Below, one piece after another: positions 7,946 to 16,448 of a stretch of 64,000 bases of DNA. The position numbers and the translations under genes were made by a program. The notes under the pieces were generated by a model. The model was not told the origin of the DNA and made no database searches. It was given only the letters and a program-made list of their open reading frames with translations. The stretch comes from Candidatus Micrarchaeota archaeon (GTDB lineage: Archaea; Micrarchaeota; Micrarchaeia; Anstonellales; Bilamarchaeaceae), in the NCBI GenBank assembly GCA_022627495.1, contig JAKEGJ010000021.1, positions 14,612-78,611 of the forward strand, written 5' to 3'. Positions within the stretch are counted from its first letter, which is position 1; every line of letters starts with the position of its first letter.

Positions 7946-8293
7946 TTACCATTGCCGGACCTGCGCCGCAACGCGGGCGCAGAACGCCCTGCTCTTATCC
8001 AGTATCGACCGCTTCAGCGCCGCCTTGCCGCTGGCACGGTAAAGATATTCGTATCCGCCCCCCTCCCGGTTGCGCTGGCTGCGCTCGACGATGCCCGTGT
8101 TGACGAGGGTGAGGATTGCGCGCTGGACCACGGAGCGGTCCCGCTGCGAGATGCGGGCTATCTTGGATACGGGCATCCAGCCCCCGCCTTGAAGCATGCA
8201 TAGCAGCACCGCCACCTCGCGTTTCGTGAGCCCGAACGAGCAGCCCAGGAGGTCATCGACGGAAAGGTCGATGCACGTCATGTCTATTCCCAT
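7946..8293 (-). CDS. Winged-helix transcription regulator (TrmB/MarR-like)
   Basis: LTKREVAVLLCMLQGGGWMPVSKIARISQRDRSVVQRAILTLVNTGIVER is a typical wHTH. The track start at 8311 is TTG; ATG at 8293 or 8281 is more likely. It is divergent from the glutaredoxin gene. Confidence 0.7.
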   Translation of the reverse strand: MGIDMTCIDLSVDDLLGCSFGLTKREVAVLLCMLQGGGWMPVSKIARISQRDRSVVQRAILTLVNTGIVERSQRNREGGGYEYLYRASGKAALKRSILDKSRAFCARVAAQVRQW

Positions 8294-8340
8294 AAAAAAC
8301 CATCTGTGCAATTTTTTTCCAAAAAAGCATTACTTGGTTC

Positions 8341-8374
8341 TTTTTAAAAAACGTTTGTGCAAGAGTACTGCACA
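8341..8374 (+). promoter_or_regulatory. Putative glutaredoxin promoter (TATA-like tttttaaaaaa) with an overlapping palindromic operator
   Basis: TGTGCA-agagtac-TGCACA (8356-8374) lies between the A/T box (8341-8351) and the GGTGAT SD/ATG at 8385. A third half-site, ctgtgcaa, is at 8304-8311 next to the regulator's start. Confidence 0.4.
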
Positions 8375-8384
8375 GGTGATATTG

Positions 8385-8753
8385 ATGGATTCAACGGAAA
8401 CCGGAACCGCGGCTGCGGGAAAGATAAGGGTCGACGGAAGCAAGATAGCGGCAAAAAAGGAGCCTGAGGTGCTGGTGTATTCCTCGCCCGACTGCCCGTA
8501 TTGCACCCAGGCCAAGGCCTACCTCGCAGGCAAGGGCGTGAAGTTCACGGAGTACGACGTTTCCAAGGACCGGGAGCGGGCGCAGGAGATGGTCATGAAG
8601 ACCGGCCAGGGGGGCATCCCGGTTCTGCAGATAAACGGCAGGATGATAGTCGGTTTCGACAGGCAGCAGATTGACGTCGCGCTTACCAGGGCGCCGCCCC
8701 CGCGAAGGGACATGGCCCTGGGGAACATCATCTACGACCCGTTCAACATCTGA
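8385..8753 (+). CDS. Glutaredoxin-like protein (CPYC active site)
   Basis: VLVYSSPDCPYCTQAKAYLAGKGVKFTEYDV...GGIPVLQINGRMIVGFD. ATG at 8385 is preceded by aGGTGATattg. The track's upstream extension (8196) overlaps the opposite-strand regulator and is not credible. Confidence 0.8.
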   Translation: MDSTETGTAAAGKIRVDGSKIAAKKEPEVLVYSSPDCPYCTQAKAYLAGKGVKFTEYDVSKDRERAQEMVMKTGQGGIPVLQINGRMIVGFDRQQIDVALTRAPPPRRDMALGNIIYDPFNI

Positions 8754-8781
8754 ATTATTATATAATAAGGAAACCTGCGCG

Positions 8782-9579
8782 TCAGTATATCACGATTACA
8801 GGCTCGTAGTATTTCCGGACGTTCCCGCCATAGACGCGGCTTGTGAGCATGCGCGTGAGCTCGGCCGAAGCCTCGTCGCGCGAGCGGTGCAGCCATCCGA
8901 GCTTCATGTTGAGGCGGATGATGCGGCCGGGAATCTTGTGCCGGGTGGATTTCGGAGGGAATGGCGTGTGCGCCTGCGCCGCCTTGACAATCTCTTCCTT
9001 GGTATAGGCGCGCCGGTAGAAAATCGATTTGCGAAGGGAGAGCGCCTTCTCGACCTCCTCGTCGGGGATGTAGTCCACCGAGCCCTTCTCAAGGAGCGAG
9101 AAGACGTAGTTCTGCTCCTCGACCATCTCCATCAGCTTGTACGAGCCGGGATTTATCAGGTGGTATTCCTTGTCTTTTCCCATAAGCATGAACGGGGCCT
9201 TGAGGCTGTCGACGGCCGCCTTTCCCGCTTCGTAATCGACCTTCTCGTGCTTGAGGGAGTCCAGGTGGAATATGTCGTCGCTGCTTAGGGAAACGGTCGG
9301 GTACCACGTGCCAAGGCCGATTTCATCGCTGGAGTAATCGAGCGCCTGGACCGTGGCGTGGGGGCATTCGATTATCTCGAGCACTTTCAATCGGTGGTTG
9401 CCGTCAAGGACCACGCCGGTCTTCTTGTCAACGATGAGGGGGTCGACAAGATGCCCGATGTTCAGCATGCCTTCCTTGAGCCTTTTCAGGTTCTGGGATA
9501 TCACCTGCTCGTGCGAAAGAAGATTCCTGACTTCCCAGACCTCCAGGTTCTTGAGCATCTCCTCTGCCAGTTCGGACAT
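8782..9579 (-). CDS. ParB/sulfiredoxin-like nuclease-domain protein
   Basis: The N-terminal LVDPLIVDKKTGVVLDGNHRLKVL fits the ParB-N (DGxHR) motif. The C-terminal ~170 aa are unassigned. TATA-like gcttttaaacac lies ~20 nt upstream of the ATG, so the transcript may be near leaderless. Confidence 0.55.
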   Translation of the reverse strand: MSELAEEMLKNLEVWEVRNLLSHEQVISQNLKRLKEGMLNIGHLVDPLIVDKKTGVVLDGNHRLKVLEIIECPHATVQALDYSSDEIGLGTWYPTVSLSSDDIFHLDSLKHEKVDYEAGKAAVDSLKAPFMLMGKDKEYHLINPGSYKLMEMVEEQNYVFSLLEKGSVDYIPDEEVEKALSLRKSIFYRRAYTKEEIVKAAQAHTPFPPKSTRHKIPGRIIRLNMKLGWLHRSRDEASAELTRMLTSRVYGGNVRKYYEPVIVIY

Positions 9580-9698
9580 AAAGGCACTGTGGGCACATGT
9601 GTTTAAAAGCTATCGGAAGAGCGAACGGCGGATGACGAAGGGCGAATGGGATTCTGCCTTGAAAAGCTGATTTTTATGCATATTGCCACAATAGTCCC

Positions 9699-10331
9699 AT
9701 GATAACGATGGCACTAATCGACAAGCTGCTGCTCCGGGGGCCCGAAGAGACCGCAAGGGCGCAGGCCCTGCGCGAATTCAGGCGAATCATGCCCGGGAGC
9801 GGCAGGTTCTCTGAAGTCGCGGAGAGCGGCCTCGTCGCCTATTATGATCGGAGGTTCGGGCGGTTCGAGCCGGCGCGTGACCGGTGGAATGACGCGCACC
9901 AGACCGTGCTCCGGGCCAATCCGGCGCTCCGCAGAATAGATGTGATTGCGGATACCGTTTTCCGCTCCGGGAGGTTCAGGCTCATGGGCGCCGGGCCCGT
10001 GCGCTCGGATGCCCCGCCATATGAGCTCGCGGACATGATTGCCGCAATCAGGATGGAGGATAGGCCCGGGGCCATGACCGGGATGCTCACGCTGGATATC
10101 GGCGGAGAAATCAAGTTCTCCAAGCTAAGGATCGGGCTTGCGTCAGGGAAGGACTTCCTAGTCCGGCTTAGCTCCCTGGATGGCGGAATGACAGTCGGGC
10201 GGAACCAGCAGGCCGGGGGAAGGCTTCCCGAGACGGTTCACGAGCGGGCGGCGGAAGGCAGCGAGGTCTTCCAGACGATTTCCGACACGCTTGCCGGAAT
10301 CGAGCGGTTTCTCCGCGGGATTTCGGTGTAA
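9699..10331 (+). CDS. Hypothetical protein
   Basis: 210-aa ORF with normal composition. TATA-like gatttttatgcatatt lies ~25 nt upstream of the ATG. No recognisable motif. Confidence 0.5.
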   Translation: MITMALIDKLLLRGPEETARAQALREFRRIMPGSGRFSEVAESGLVAYYDRRFGRFEPARDRWNDAHQTVLRANPALRRIDVIADTVFRSGRFRLMGAGPVRSDAPPYELADMIAAIRMEDRPGAMTGMLTLDIGGEIKFSKLRIGLASGKDFLVRLSSLDGGMTVGRNQQAGGRLPETVHERAAEGSEVFQTISDTLAGIERFLRGISV

Positions 10332-10372
10332 GGAATATTCACGAACGCAGGCCGAGGTCTGGCATCCCCATA

Positions 10373-10400
10373 CGAAACTGGAAACCGGAAACGGGAAACC
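10373..10400. repeat. GGAAAC-heptad element (copy 2)
   Basis: cgaaac-tggaaac-cggaaac-gggaaac-c. The first 20 nt are identical to 1854-1873. Confidence 0.85.
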
Positions 10401-10494
10401 GCTGTCGCAGAACAGTGAGGATAGATAAAATTAGACGATTGCGACAGTGCGAAAGCAGCGGCTTTCGCTTGTCCCAAATTTTTCAAAAAAAATT

Positions 10495-10625
10495 TGCGAC
10501 CGCCGGGAATTGCTGTCCAATTCCCGACATTCACTGCGAGCGAAGCGAGCCAACAATGGGTTTTGGGCCGCCTTTTTCTAAAAGGCGGGATGCGACCGCC
10601 GGGAATTGCTCCCCAATTCCCGGGG
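10495..10625 (-). repeat. Two extra copies of the 18-nt 3' end of tRNA-Gly, each extended into a 9-10 bp hairpin
   Basis: tgcgaccgccgggaattg occurs at 10495-10512, at 10591-10608, and in the tRNA itself at 10648-10665. Copies I and II continue as ct(g/c)(t/c)ccaattcccg, pairing with cgggaattg. A separate 9-bp hairpin, ccgcctttt/aaaaggcgg, lies between them (10567-10587). Confidence 0.85.
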
Positions 10626-10647
10626 GTCAATTTTTGTCAAACAAAAA

Positions 10648-10718
10648 TGCGACCGCCGGGAATTGAACCCGGCCCGCGAGATTGGCAACCTCGAATCATA
10701 CCGATAGACTACGGTCGC
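10648..10718 (-). tRNA. tRNA-Gly (anticodon GCC)
   Basis: Minus strand: GCGACCG-TA-GTCT-ATCGGTA-TGAT-T-CGAGG-TTGCCAA-TCTCG-CGGG-CCGGG-TTCAATT-CCCGG-CGGTCGC-A. The cloverleaf was folded by hand: 7-bp acceptor, 5-bp anticodon stem and 5-bp T stem. CCA is not encoded. A T5 run follows the 3' end immediately. Confidence 0.85.
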
Positions 10719-10860
10719 AGTCAAAGTAGTGAGCAATCTGATGGTCATAAAGTAATTAAATCATATCGCCCCGTCCGGGCGCGGCTGCCGCCGCCTGCAT
10801 AATTACAAAAAACCACAAAAATAAACATTTATAAAGTGTTTCCGAGATACCTATTAGCTG

Positions 10861-12993
10861 ATGAACTGGCAGAAGAGGCTGTGCGGAACCGTCGGCGGGA
10901 GGATGGGGCTTCCCATCATAGACGGGCCGCACCCTTATTTCAGGATGGCCCATGGGGCCCGTGAGGAACCTATACCGCTTACCGAAAGGAAGCCTTCGCG
11001 CCCGCCGCCACCGCCCCCCGGCAGGAGGGGCCCGGCCACAATAGAGATTTTTTTGGAAGACGAGGGCGTGGAGGTCGTAGCCGATTCGCGGCCGGCATCG
11101 CAGAAGCCTAAAGCCCCGCCAGACGAAGCGCCCAGGCCTTCTGCCGAAAGCGCTGCATTTTCCCTCTCCGAATTGGTTGCCGCGGCAACCGGAAAGAAAA
11201 AGCCGGCGCCAATCCCAAAACCGGATACACGGCAGCAGGAATCCAGCGTAATGAGGACCCTGGCCGAACTTCAGGAGCTTGAGCGGGAGCGCGTCGCCGA
11301 AGAGGCTGCCGCAAAGGCGGAGAAGGAAGCGGATGCGAAAAGCCTTGAAGCCAACCTGAGGCGGCTGGTGGAGGACCACCGGGCCGAAGTCATGGCGGAG
11401 GCGCAGGCCCGCGAGAGGTCGCTCCTTGATTCGCTGGATGACATCCAGGCGCTTGGGCGCGAAAAGGCTGCAGAAGAAGGGATGTCCCTGCTTTCTGTGC
11501 TGGATGAAGCCGGCGCTGGCCCTGCAATGCCCGAAGCGGCAGGCCCGGCGGCGCCCGCAAAGGCGGCTGCAATGCCGGAGACTTCCGTATTCCTTGTGCC
11601 TGGGATAATTGAGCCTGAGGTTGAACCGGGAGGGGAAATCAGCATCTCCATAGAATTTGCGGCCGGCCTCCCCTGGGGAGACGCGCATGCCACGTATAAT
11701 CTGAGCGGGAAGGAGCTTGAAACGCTTGAGGCCCTGCTTCCGGAGCGACTAAGGACGTGGGTCATACCTGCGCCGGATGCCAAATCAACGGACAGGGGCG
11801 AGCGGATGACGCTGGAGCAGTTCGCGGAAGACCAGAGGGTGCAAATCAACGGAAAGGAATACTATTTCACGATGTCCGCATTCGCAGGCGCGCGGAATGT
11901 CATGCGGGTGGGCGACCTGCTCCACATCTGGCACGAGGCGTCGACCGATTATGACATGCTCGGGGAAGTGAGCGGGGAGGTGGGGCTCGGCCAGCCCAGG
12001 ACGGGCGAGTGGTCCCTCAACATGAAGGCGCACATCCTGAGCAGGGAAGAGCTGTTCAAATGCTCCGCCCTGCTGCCGGACGGAAAACCGGTGTTCATAC
12101 ACCCGGTCCCGGAGAGCGAATCCCAGCTGGCACTGGAGAAATCGATGATGGAAAGCCTGCATGAAGGCCGCATCCCGAGGATAACGCTCGGGAAGAAGGA
12201 ATACTTTGTGATGAATATCGGGACGGTGGCCGAATGGCAGGAAATCGCGTTCATGTTCCCGAACGTCCGCATCGCCTCTCGCAAGGGCGAATGGCTCGGC
12301 ATCTGGCCGGATGGCGAAACGGGGAGGGAGATGATGTCCCCCGAGTACGGATTCGGGCATGCGTTCCACGGCCAGGCCGGCCCGCCGCTCCTTGATGATG
12401 GGGTGCTTGTCAAGCCGCACGAAACCGAACTCGCCCAGATAAGCAGGCTGTACGGGAAAACGGGCGAGAAGAGATGGCTCTACCCGCTTCCCCAGAAAAT
12501 ATCCGAAATGGACAGCGACACGCTGAATTTCCTCACCGTGATATCGTGCCGCGAGATAGAGCTGGGAGGCATTACGCCCCTGATATCCCTTAACGGCAGG
12601 TTCTATGTCAGCCTGAAATACGCCCATCCTGAGGCGCGGGCATCGTCTTTCGAGAACGGCATGGTGAGGGTGCACCCGAAGCATGTGAAGCTTCGGGACG
12701 CGCTTGCGGAAGTGAAGCGGAAGGCGGCAGAGCGCAAGGAGGCAAGGGAAACGCCGATGATAGTCCTTCCGCCCGACCCTGCGCAGCGGAAGCCGCTCCT
12801 GGATATGTTCCCCGAAGGCAAGGTCAAATACCTCTACTACGTAGAGCCCGCGAACACCGGCTACGTCCCGCACCGGCCGCATGTCACGCTGATGCGCGGA
12901 ACCGAGAAGGAGACGTACCTGGTCCTGGATTCGCCGCAGGACAATTCGATAGCCGTCAAAAGGAAGGGCATCGCGATTTATCCCGTGCAATGA
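10861..12993 (+). CDS. Hypothetical 710-aa protein: Pro-rich/coiled-coil N-terminal part plus four ~90-110 aa internal repeats
   Basis: The repeats are recognisable by recurring strings: WVIPAPD...GKEYYFTMS...LLHIW; VFIHPVPE...GKKEYFVMN...WLGIW; RWLYPLPQ...NGRFYVSLK...VRVHP; KYLYYVEPA...KETYLVLD...IAIYP. The antisense ORFs 10756..11688 and 11785..12990 are R/P-rich shadows. Confidence 0.65.
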   Translation: MNWQKRLCGTVGGRMGLPIIDGPHPYFRMAHGAREEPIPLTERKPSRPPPPPPGRRGPATIEIFLEDEGVEVVADSRPASQKPKAPPDEAPRPSAESAAFSLSELVAAATGKKKPAPIPKPDTRQQESSVMRTLAELQELERERVAEEAAAKAEKEADAKSLEANLRRLVEDHRAEVMAEAQARERSLLDSLDDIQALGREKAAEEGMSLLSVLDEAGAGPAMPEAAGPAAPAKAAAMPETSVFLVPGIIEPEVEPGGEISISIEFAAGLPWGDAHATYNLSGKELETLEALLPERLRTWVIPAPDAKSTDRGERMTLEQFAEDQRVQINGKEYYFTMSAFAGARNVMRVGDLLHIWHEASTDYDMLGEVSGEVGLGQPRTGEWSLNMKAHILSREELFKCSALLPDGKPVFIHPVPESESQLALEKSMMESLHEGRIPRITLGKKEYFVMNIGTVAEWQEIAFMFPNVRIASRKGEWLGIWPDGETGREMMSPEYGFGHAFHGQAGPPLLDDGVLVKPHETELAQISRLYGKTGEKRWLYPLPQKISEMDSDTLNFLTVISCREIELGGITPLISLNGRFYVSLKYAHPEARASSFENGMVRVHPKHVKLRDALAEVKRKAAERKEARETPMIVLPPDPAQRKPLLDMFPEGKVKYLYYVEPANTGYVPHRPHVTLMRGTEKETYLVLDSPQDNSIAVKRKGIAIYPVQ

Positions 12994-13126
12994 GCGGCCG
13001 GACCCGAAGCCGGGCCATGAAGGGGCGGAAATGCGCCCTACTCCTGTTTTTATATTTCAATTGCGATAGTCTATTGAAGATAGCCGGCTGGGAGAAGTGG
13101 GCAATCCGAATTCGGAGAAAAAGAGT

Positions 13127-14281
13127 ATGGGGATGGGAAAGGGCGCCTACCTGAAGAAAATCACTTCCGGGGTGCAGAAATGGCGGTCTGTCGAAATCGG
13201 CGAGAGGATGGACGGCAGCTCGCCGCCTTCGGTCTTCATCGGCAACTTCGGCTACCCCAAGGTGTTTGTCGGCCCCATGATCGCCCCTTATGAAGGGGAT
13301 ACCGCCATACTCGACACGCCCGAGAGCTGGATTCCTGCCCAAAAAAGCCAGGAGGACATCATCCGCTTCAGGCTGGATTTGGTCCGCGGTAAGCACCGGG
13401 TGGGAATCCGGGAACTGGACAACCGCCTGGTCGGGAAGCTTCAGGAGATTTCACTGGCCAAAAGCAGCGTCGAGAGCGAGGCGCAGTTCAGGCACAAGCC
13501 GAAGGGTTTTTCGTTCAGCGAGGACCACCAGCCTTACGGGCCGAGCGCAGGCATAGAGCGGTTCGAAATCGGCAACGTGAAGTGGGAGCGGCACCTCCAG
13601 AAGGCGTTTTACGACACGGACCAGAAGGCCGCGGACGCGGCGATGGAAGCGTATAAAGAAGGCGTGCAGTTTTCCCAGATACAGAAGGCCTTCTCGACAG
13701 GCACCATGGGCATCGGGAAAAACCGGAAGCTCGTTCCGACGCGGTGGTCCATCACCGCGGTGGACACCGCGCTCGCCGACCGCCTTTTCGAAGAAGTGAG
13801 GCACATGGATGTCATAGACGCGTTCCGCGTGTACGAGTTCGCAAGCCTCAACAACTATTACGCGGTCGTGCTCACCCCGACGCCGTGGCAGTACGAATGG
13901 ATAGAGGCGTTCATACACATAATGGGCAGGGAGGAGATGATTTTCTCCGACCATGAATCTCTGCGGCCCAAAAGCGGGTACTCCACCGTAGGCGGTTGCT
14001 ATTACAGCTGCAAGTTCGCGGTGCTCGAGGCGCTGAAGCGGATGGGGAAGCAGGCCGGGGCGATTGTCCTGCGGGAGGCGTACGAAGGGTATGTGCCGCT
14101 CGGCGTCTTCAACGTGCGCGAGAACGTCCGCAACGCCCTTGCCCGGCCGCACCGGGAGTTCGGCTCGTTCCGCGACTCCCTCAATTACGTATCGGCGCGC
14201 CTGCGCCTTCCGCTATCCCGCTTCCTGGACCAGGGCGTCCTGATGCGCGAAATGCTCAGGGGCAGGCAGACCACGCTATGA
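13127..14281 (+). CDS. Probable Nre-family DNA repair protein (DUF650/DUF651 type)
   Basis: ~385 aa. [23 protein letters not shown] and [11 protein letters not shown] match my recollection of the archaeal Nre N- and C-domains. The assignment is from memory and not database-checked. ATG at 13127 is preferred over the GTG at 13097. Confidence 0.5.
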   Translation: MGMGKGAYLKKITSGVQKWRSVEIGERMDGSSPPSVFIGNFGYPKVFVGPMIAPYEGDTAILDTPESWIPAQKSQEDIIRFRLDLVRGKHRVGIRELDNRLVGKLQEISLAKSSVESEAQFRHKPKGFSFSEDHQPYGPSAGIERFEIGNVKWERHLQKAFYDTDQKAADAAMEAYKEGVQFSQIQKAFSTGTMGIGKNRKLVPTRWSITAVDTALADRLFEEVRHMDVIDAFRVYEFASLNNYYAVVLTPTPWQYEWIEAFIHIMGREEMIFSDHESLRPKSGYSTVGGCYYSCKFAVLEALKRMGKQAGAIVLREAYEGYVPLGVFNVRENVRNALARPHREFGSFRDSLNYVSARLRLPLSRFLDQGVLMREMLRGRQTTL

Positions 14282-14325
14282 TTAATTAATATCATCTTTG
14301 CGGACACAGGAATGGGGCAGTGTTC

Positions 14326-15591
14326 ATGAAAAAACTTGAGGAGAAGCTGTCGAAGTTCGGCATCATGCCAGGCCTTGAGCGCACGCAGTTGCTGTGCGAG
14401 GCCCTCGGCAGGCCGCAGGACCGCATGGAAACCGTCCTAATCACAGGCACAAACGGCAAGGGCAGCGTGGCCGCGGCGCTCGCATCCGTGCTCAGCGAGG
14501 CGGGACACCGCACCGGCGCGTATTTCTCACCGCACATCGAGCGCTACAACGAGCGCTTCCGGGTGGACGGGAAGGACATTACGGATGCGGAGTTCGCGCC
14601 TTACGAGGACATGCTCCTGAAATTGCATGATGAGGGCTACAAGATGACGCTGTTCGAGGCGCTTACAGCCATCGCTTACCGGCATTTCGCGGACAAGGGG
14701 TGCAGGTATGCCGTCATGGAAATCGGCATGGGCGGAAGGTTCGATGCAACGAACATAGCCATGGAGCGAGCGGCAGTCGTGACGAATGTAGGGCTCGAGC
14801 ATACGGACTATCTCGGGAAGACCGTCCGCGAAATCGCCGCGGACAAGGCGCAAATCATCAAGAACCCGAAGGGCGTGGCGGTGACCGGATGCGAAGGCGA
14901 GGCGCTGGAGGAAGTGAAAAAAAGGGCGGATGAGGCAGGTGTCCGTCTCCTCGGCCTGGGTTCCGGAGGAATCGGGACCACGCTCCGGGAGGCCCGGGCC
15001 GATTCGACGCTTTTCGATTATTGCGGCAAGGGGAGGTATCAGGCGCTTTCGGTTTCCCTGGCTGGAAGGCACCAGGCAGGGAACGCGGCCCTGGCGGTCG
15101 CGGTTGCCGAGGAGCTCGGCGCGGATGAAGGCGCAATACGCGCCGGCCTCCAGAAAACGAGGCACCCGGGGAGGCTCCAGATAATCGGGCGGGAGCCCCT
15201 AATCGTCGCGGACGCGGCGCACAATCCGGAGGGCATCAAGGCGCTCATCCAGAGCCTCGACTTGTACCCGAGGGAGAGGCTGGTCTGCGTCTTCAGCGCA
15301 CTCAAAGACAAGGACTGGCGCTCCATGCTCGCGATGCTCGCCCCCCTCTGCGATGCGATGGTGGTGAACCAGATGGAAGACGGGAGGGCGGAATCCGCGG
15401 ATGCGATGGCCGCGGAGGCTGAGAAGTATACCGAAGCCGAAGCCGTCAGGGACATCTCCAAAAGCGTGCAGGCCGCGAAGAGGAAGGCCGGCAGGAAGGG
15501 GATGGTCCTCATATGCGGAAGCATGTACATGCTTGGGGAGGCCATGGCCGCTGCGCGCGGGTACGGGCCGGGCTTCAAAGGCAATCAATAA
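14326..15591 (+). CDS. folC: Folylpolyglutamate synthase/dihydrofolate synthase (Mur-ligase family)
   Basis: VLITGTNGKGSV P-loop, GLEHTDYLG and DAAHNPEG motifs. ATG at 14326 (the track's GTG is at 14320). Confidence 0.85.
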   Translation: MKKLEEKLSKFGIMPGLERTQLLCEALGRPQDRMETVLITGTNGKGSVAAALASVLSEAGHRTGAYFSPHIERYNERFRVDGKDITDAEFAPYEDMLLKLHDEGYKMTLFEALTAIAYRHFADKGCRYAVMEIGMGGRFDATNIAMERAAVVTNVGLEHTDYLGKTVREIAADKAQIIKNPKGVAVTGCEGEALEEVKKRADEAGVRLLGLGSGGIGTTLREARADSTLFDYCGKGRYQALSVSLAGRHQAGNAALAVAVAEELGADEGAIRAGLQKTRHPGRLQIIGREPLIVADAAHNPEGIKALIQSLDLYPRERLVCVFSALKDKDWRSMLAMLAPLCDAMVVNQMEDGRAESADAMAAEAEKYTEAEAVRDISKSVQAAKRKAGRKGMVLICGSMYMLGEAMAAARGYGPGFKGNQ

Positions 15592-15652
15592 AAACAGAAC
15601 CGCCCACCTTTTGTGCAGGACTAAGACCAGTCCTGGTGCTGGAGGGGTAGAT

Positions 15653-16339
15653 ATGGAAAAGAATGCCTTTCGCGGAATCGTATTTCTCGTCCTTTTCGCT
15701 GCGCTCGCGTACATAGCGATGCAGCTGCCGGTATTCGCCCTGGCGGGCGTGACCGGGAAGAGCTTCACGCTCTTCGAGTTCTTCGGCCCGGTGGCAGGAG
15801 CCTTCATCGGAGCGGCGGGCGTTGCCGCAGTCGGCATCGCCAAGCTCGCAAACGCCGCAATCAGCGGCTCGCCCATGTCGCTAATCGACCTGGCGAAGAT
15901 GACTCCGATGATGTTCGCCGCGTATTATTTCTGGAAGAACGGCTCGCGTGGAGCGAGCGACCGCCTTGGGATAATAGTTCCCGCCGCGGCCATGCTCGCG
16001 TTCTGGCTGAACCCTGTGGGGCAGCAGGCGTGGTTCTACGCCCTGTACTGGCTCATCCCCATCGCTGCCAAGTTCCTTCCGGATAGGCTCGTGCTTAGAA
16101 GCCTTGGCGCGACATTCACCGCGCACGCGGTCGGAAGCGTCCTGTTCCTCTACACCATACCGACTGCTCCGGCCCTCTGGCTCGCGCTGATTCCGGTTGT
16201 CGCGGTGGAAAGGGGCGCGTTCGCGCTGGGGATATCCGCAGGCCACATAATCTTCACGAACGTGATGAACGCCGCGGACAGGATTTCCGGCATCTCGAAA
16301 TACGTGAATGTCGAGAAGCAGTACGTCCTGCGCTTCTGA
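15653..16339 (+). CDS. Polytopic membrane protein (possible vitamin/ECF-S-like transporter; unassigned)
   Basis: ATG at 15653 follows GGAGGGG. ~6 predicted TM helices. It lies immediately downstream of folC. A 7-bp hairpin, caggact-aagacc-agtcctg, lies in the 60-nt spacer. The track's 15401 start is an out-of-gene extension through the folC 3' end. Confidence 0.6.
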   Translation: MEKNAFRGIVFLVLFAALAYIAMQLPVFALAGVTGKSFTLFEFFGPVAGAFIGAAGVAAVGIAKLANAAISGSPMSLIDLAKMTPMMFAAYYFWKNGSRGASDRLGIIVPAAAMLAFWLNPVGQQAWFYALYWLIPIAAKFLPDRLVLRSLGATFTAHAVGSVLFLYTIPTAPALWLALIPVVAVERGAFALGISAGHIIFTNVMNAADRISGISKYVNVEKQYVLRF

Positions 16340-16448
16340 AAACCCCCCCGTTTTCCTTTTTTTCATTTTCCCTGCTTTTGCCCCCCCCCCTTCCGGCTTG
16401 GCCTCTCGGATGGGATATCATTTTTAAACTTGGCGCCCCATCCTGCAT

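Noticed and set aside
8196-8384. Upstream 63-codon extension of the glutaredoxin ORF
   Set aside because: It overlaps the divergent regulator gene and the promoter/operator region. ATG at 8385 has a GGTGAT SD and yields a normal glutaredoxin.
10495-10625. Split-tRNA 3' halves (Nanoarchaeum-type)
   Set aside because: The copies contain only T-stem/acceptor nucleotides (18 nt). They lack the anticodon-stem 3' strand and variable region, and no complementary leader was found.
10494-10802. 102-aa ORF with a thrice-repeated MRPPGI, and the 130-aa ORF 10238..10630(-)
   Set aside because: The repeat in the peptide is simply the translation of the three copies of the tRNA-Gly 3' end. The ORF also runs through the tRNA gene itself.
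10756-12990. Long antisense ORFs 10756..11688(-), 11271..11849(-) and 11785..12990(-)
   Set aside because: They have R/P/G/A-dominated composition with no motifs, and lie fully inside the better-looking + strand 710-aa ORF.
13451-15876. Antisense or off-frame ORFs 13451..14152(-), 14527..15165(-), 15039..15584(-) and 15199..15876(-)
   Set aside because: They are shadows of the Nre-like and folC genes, whose motif content identifies the true frames.
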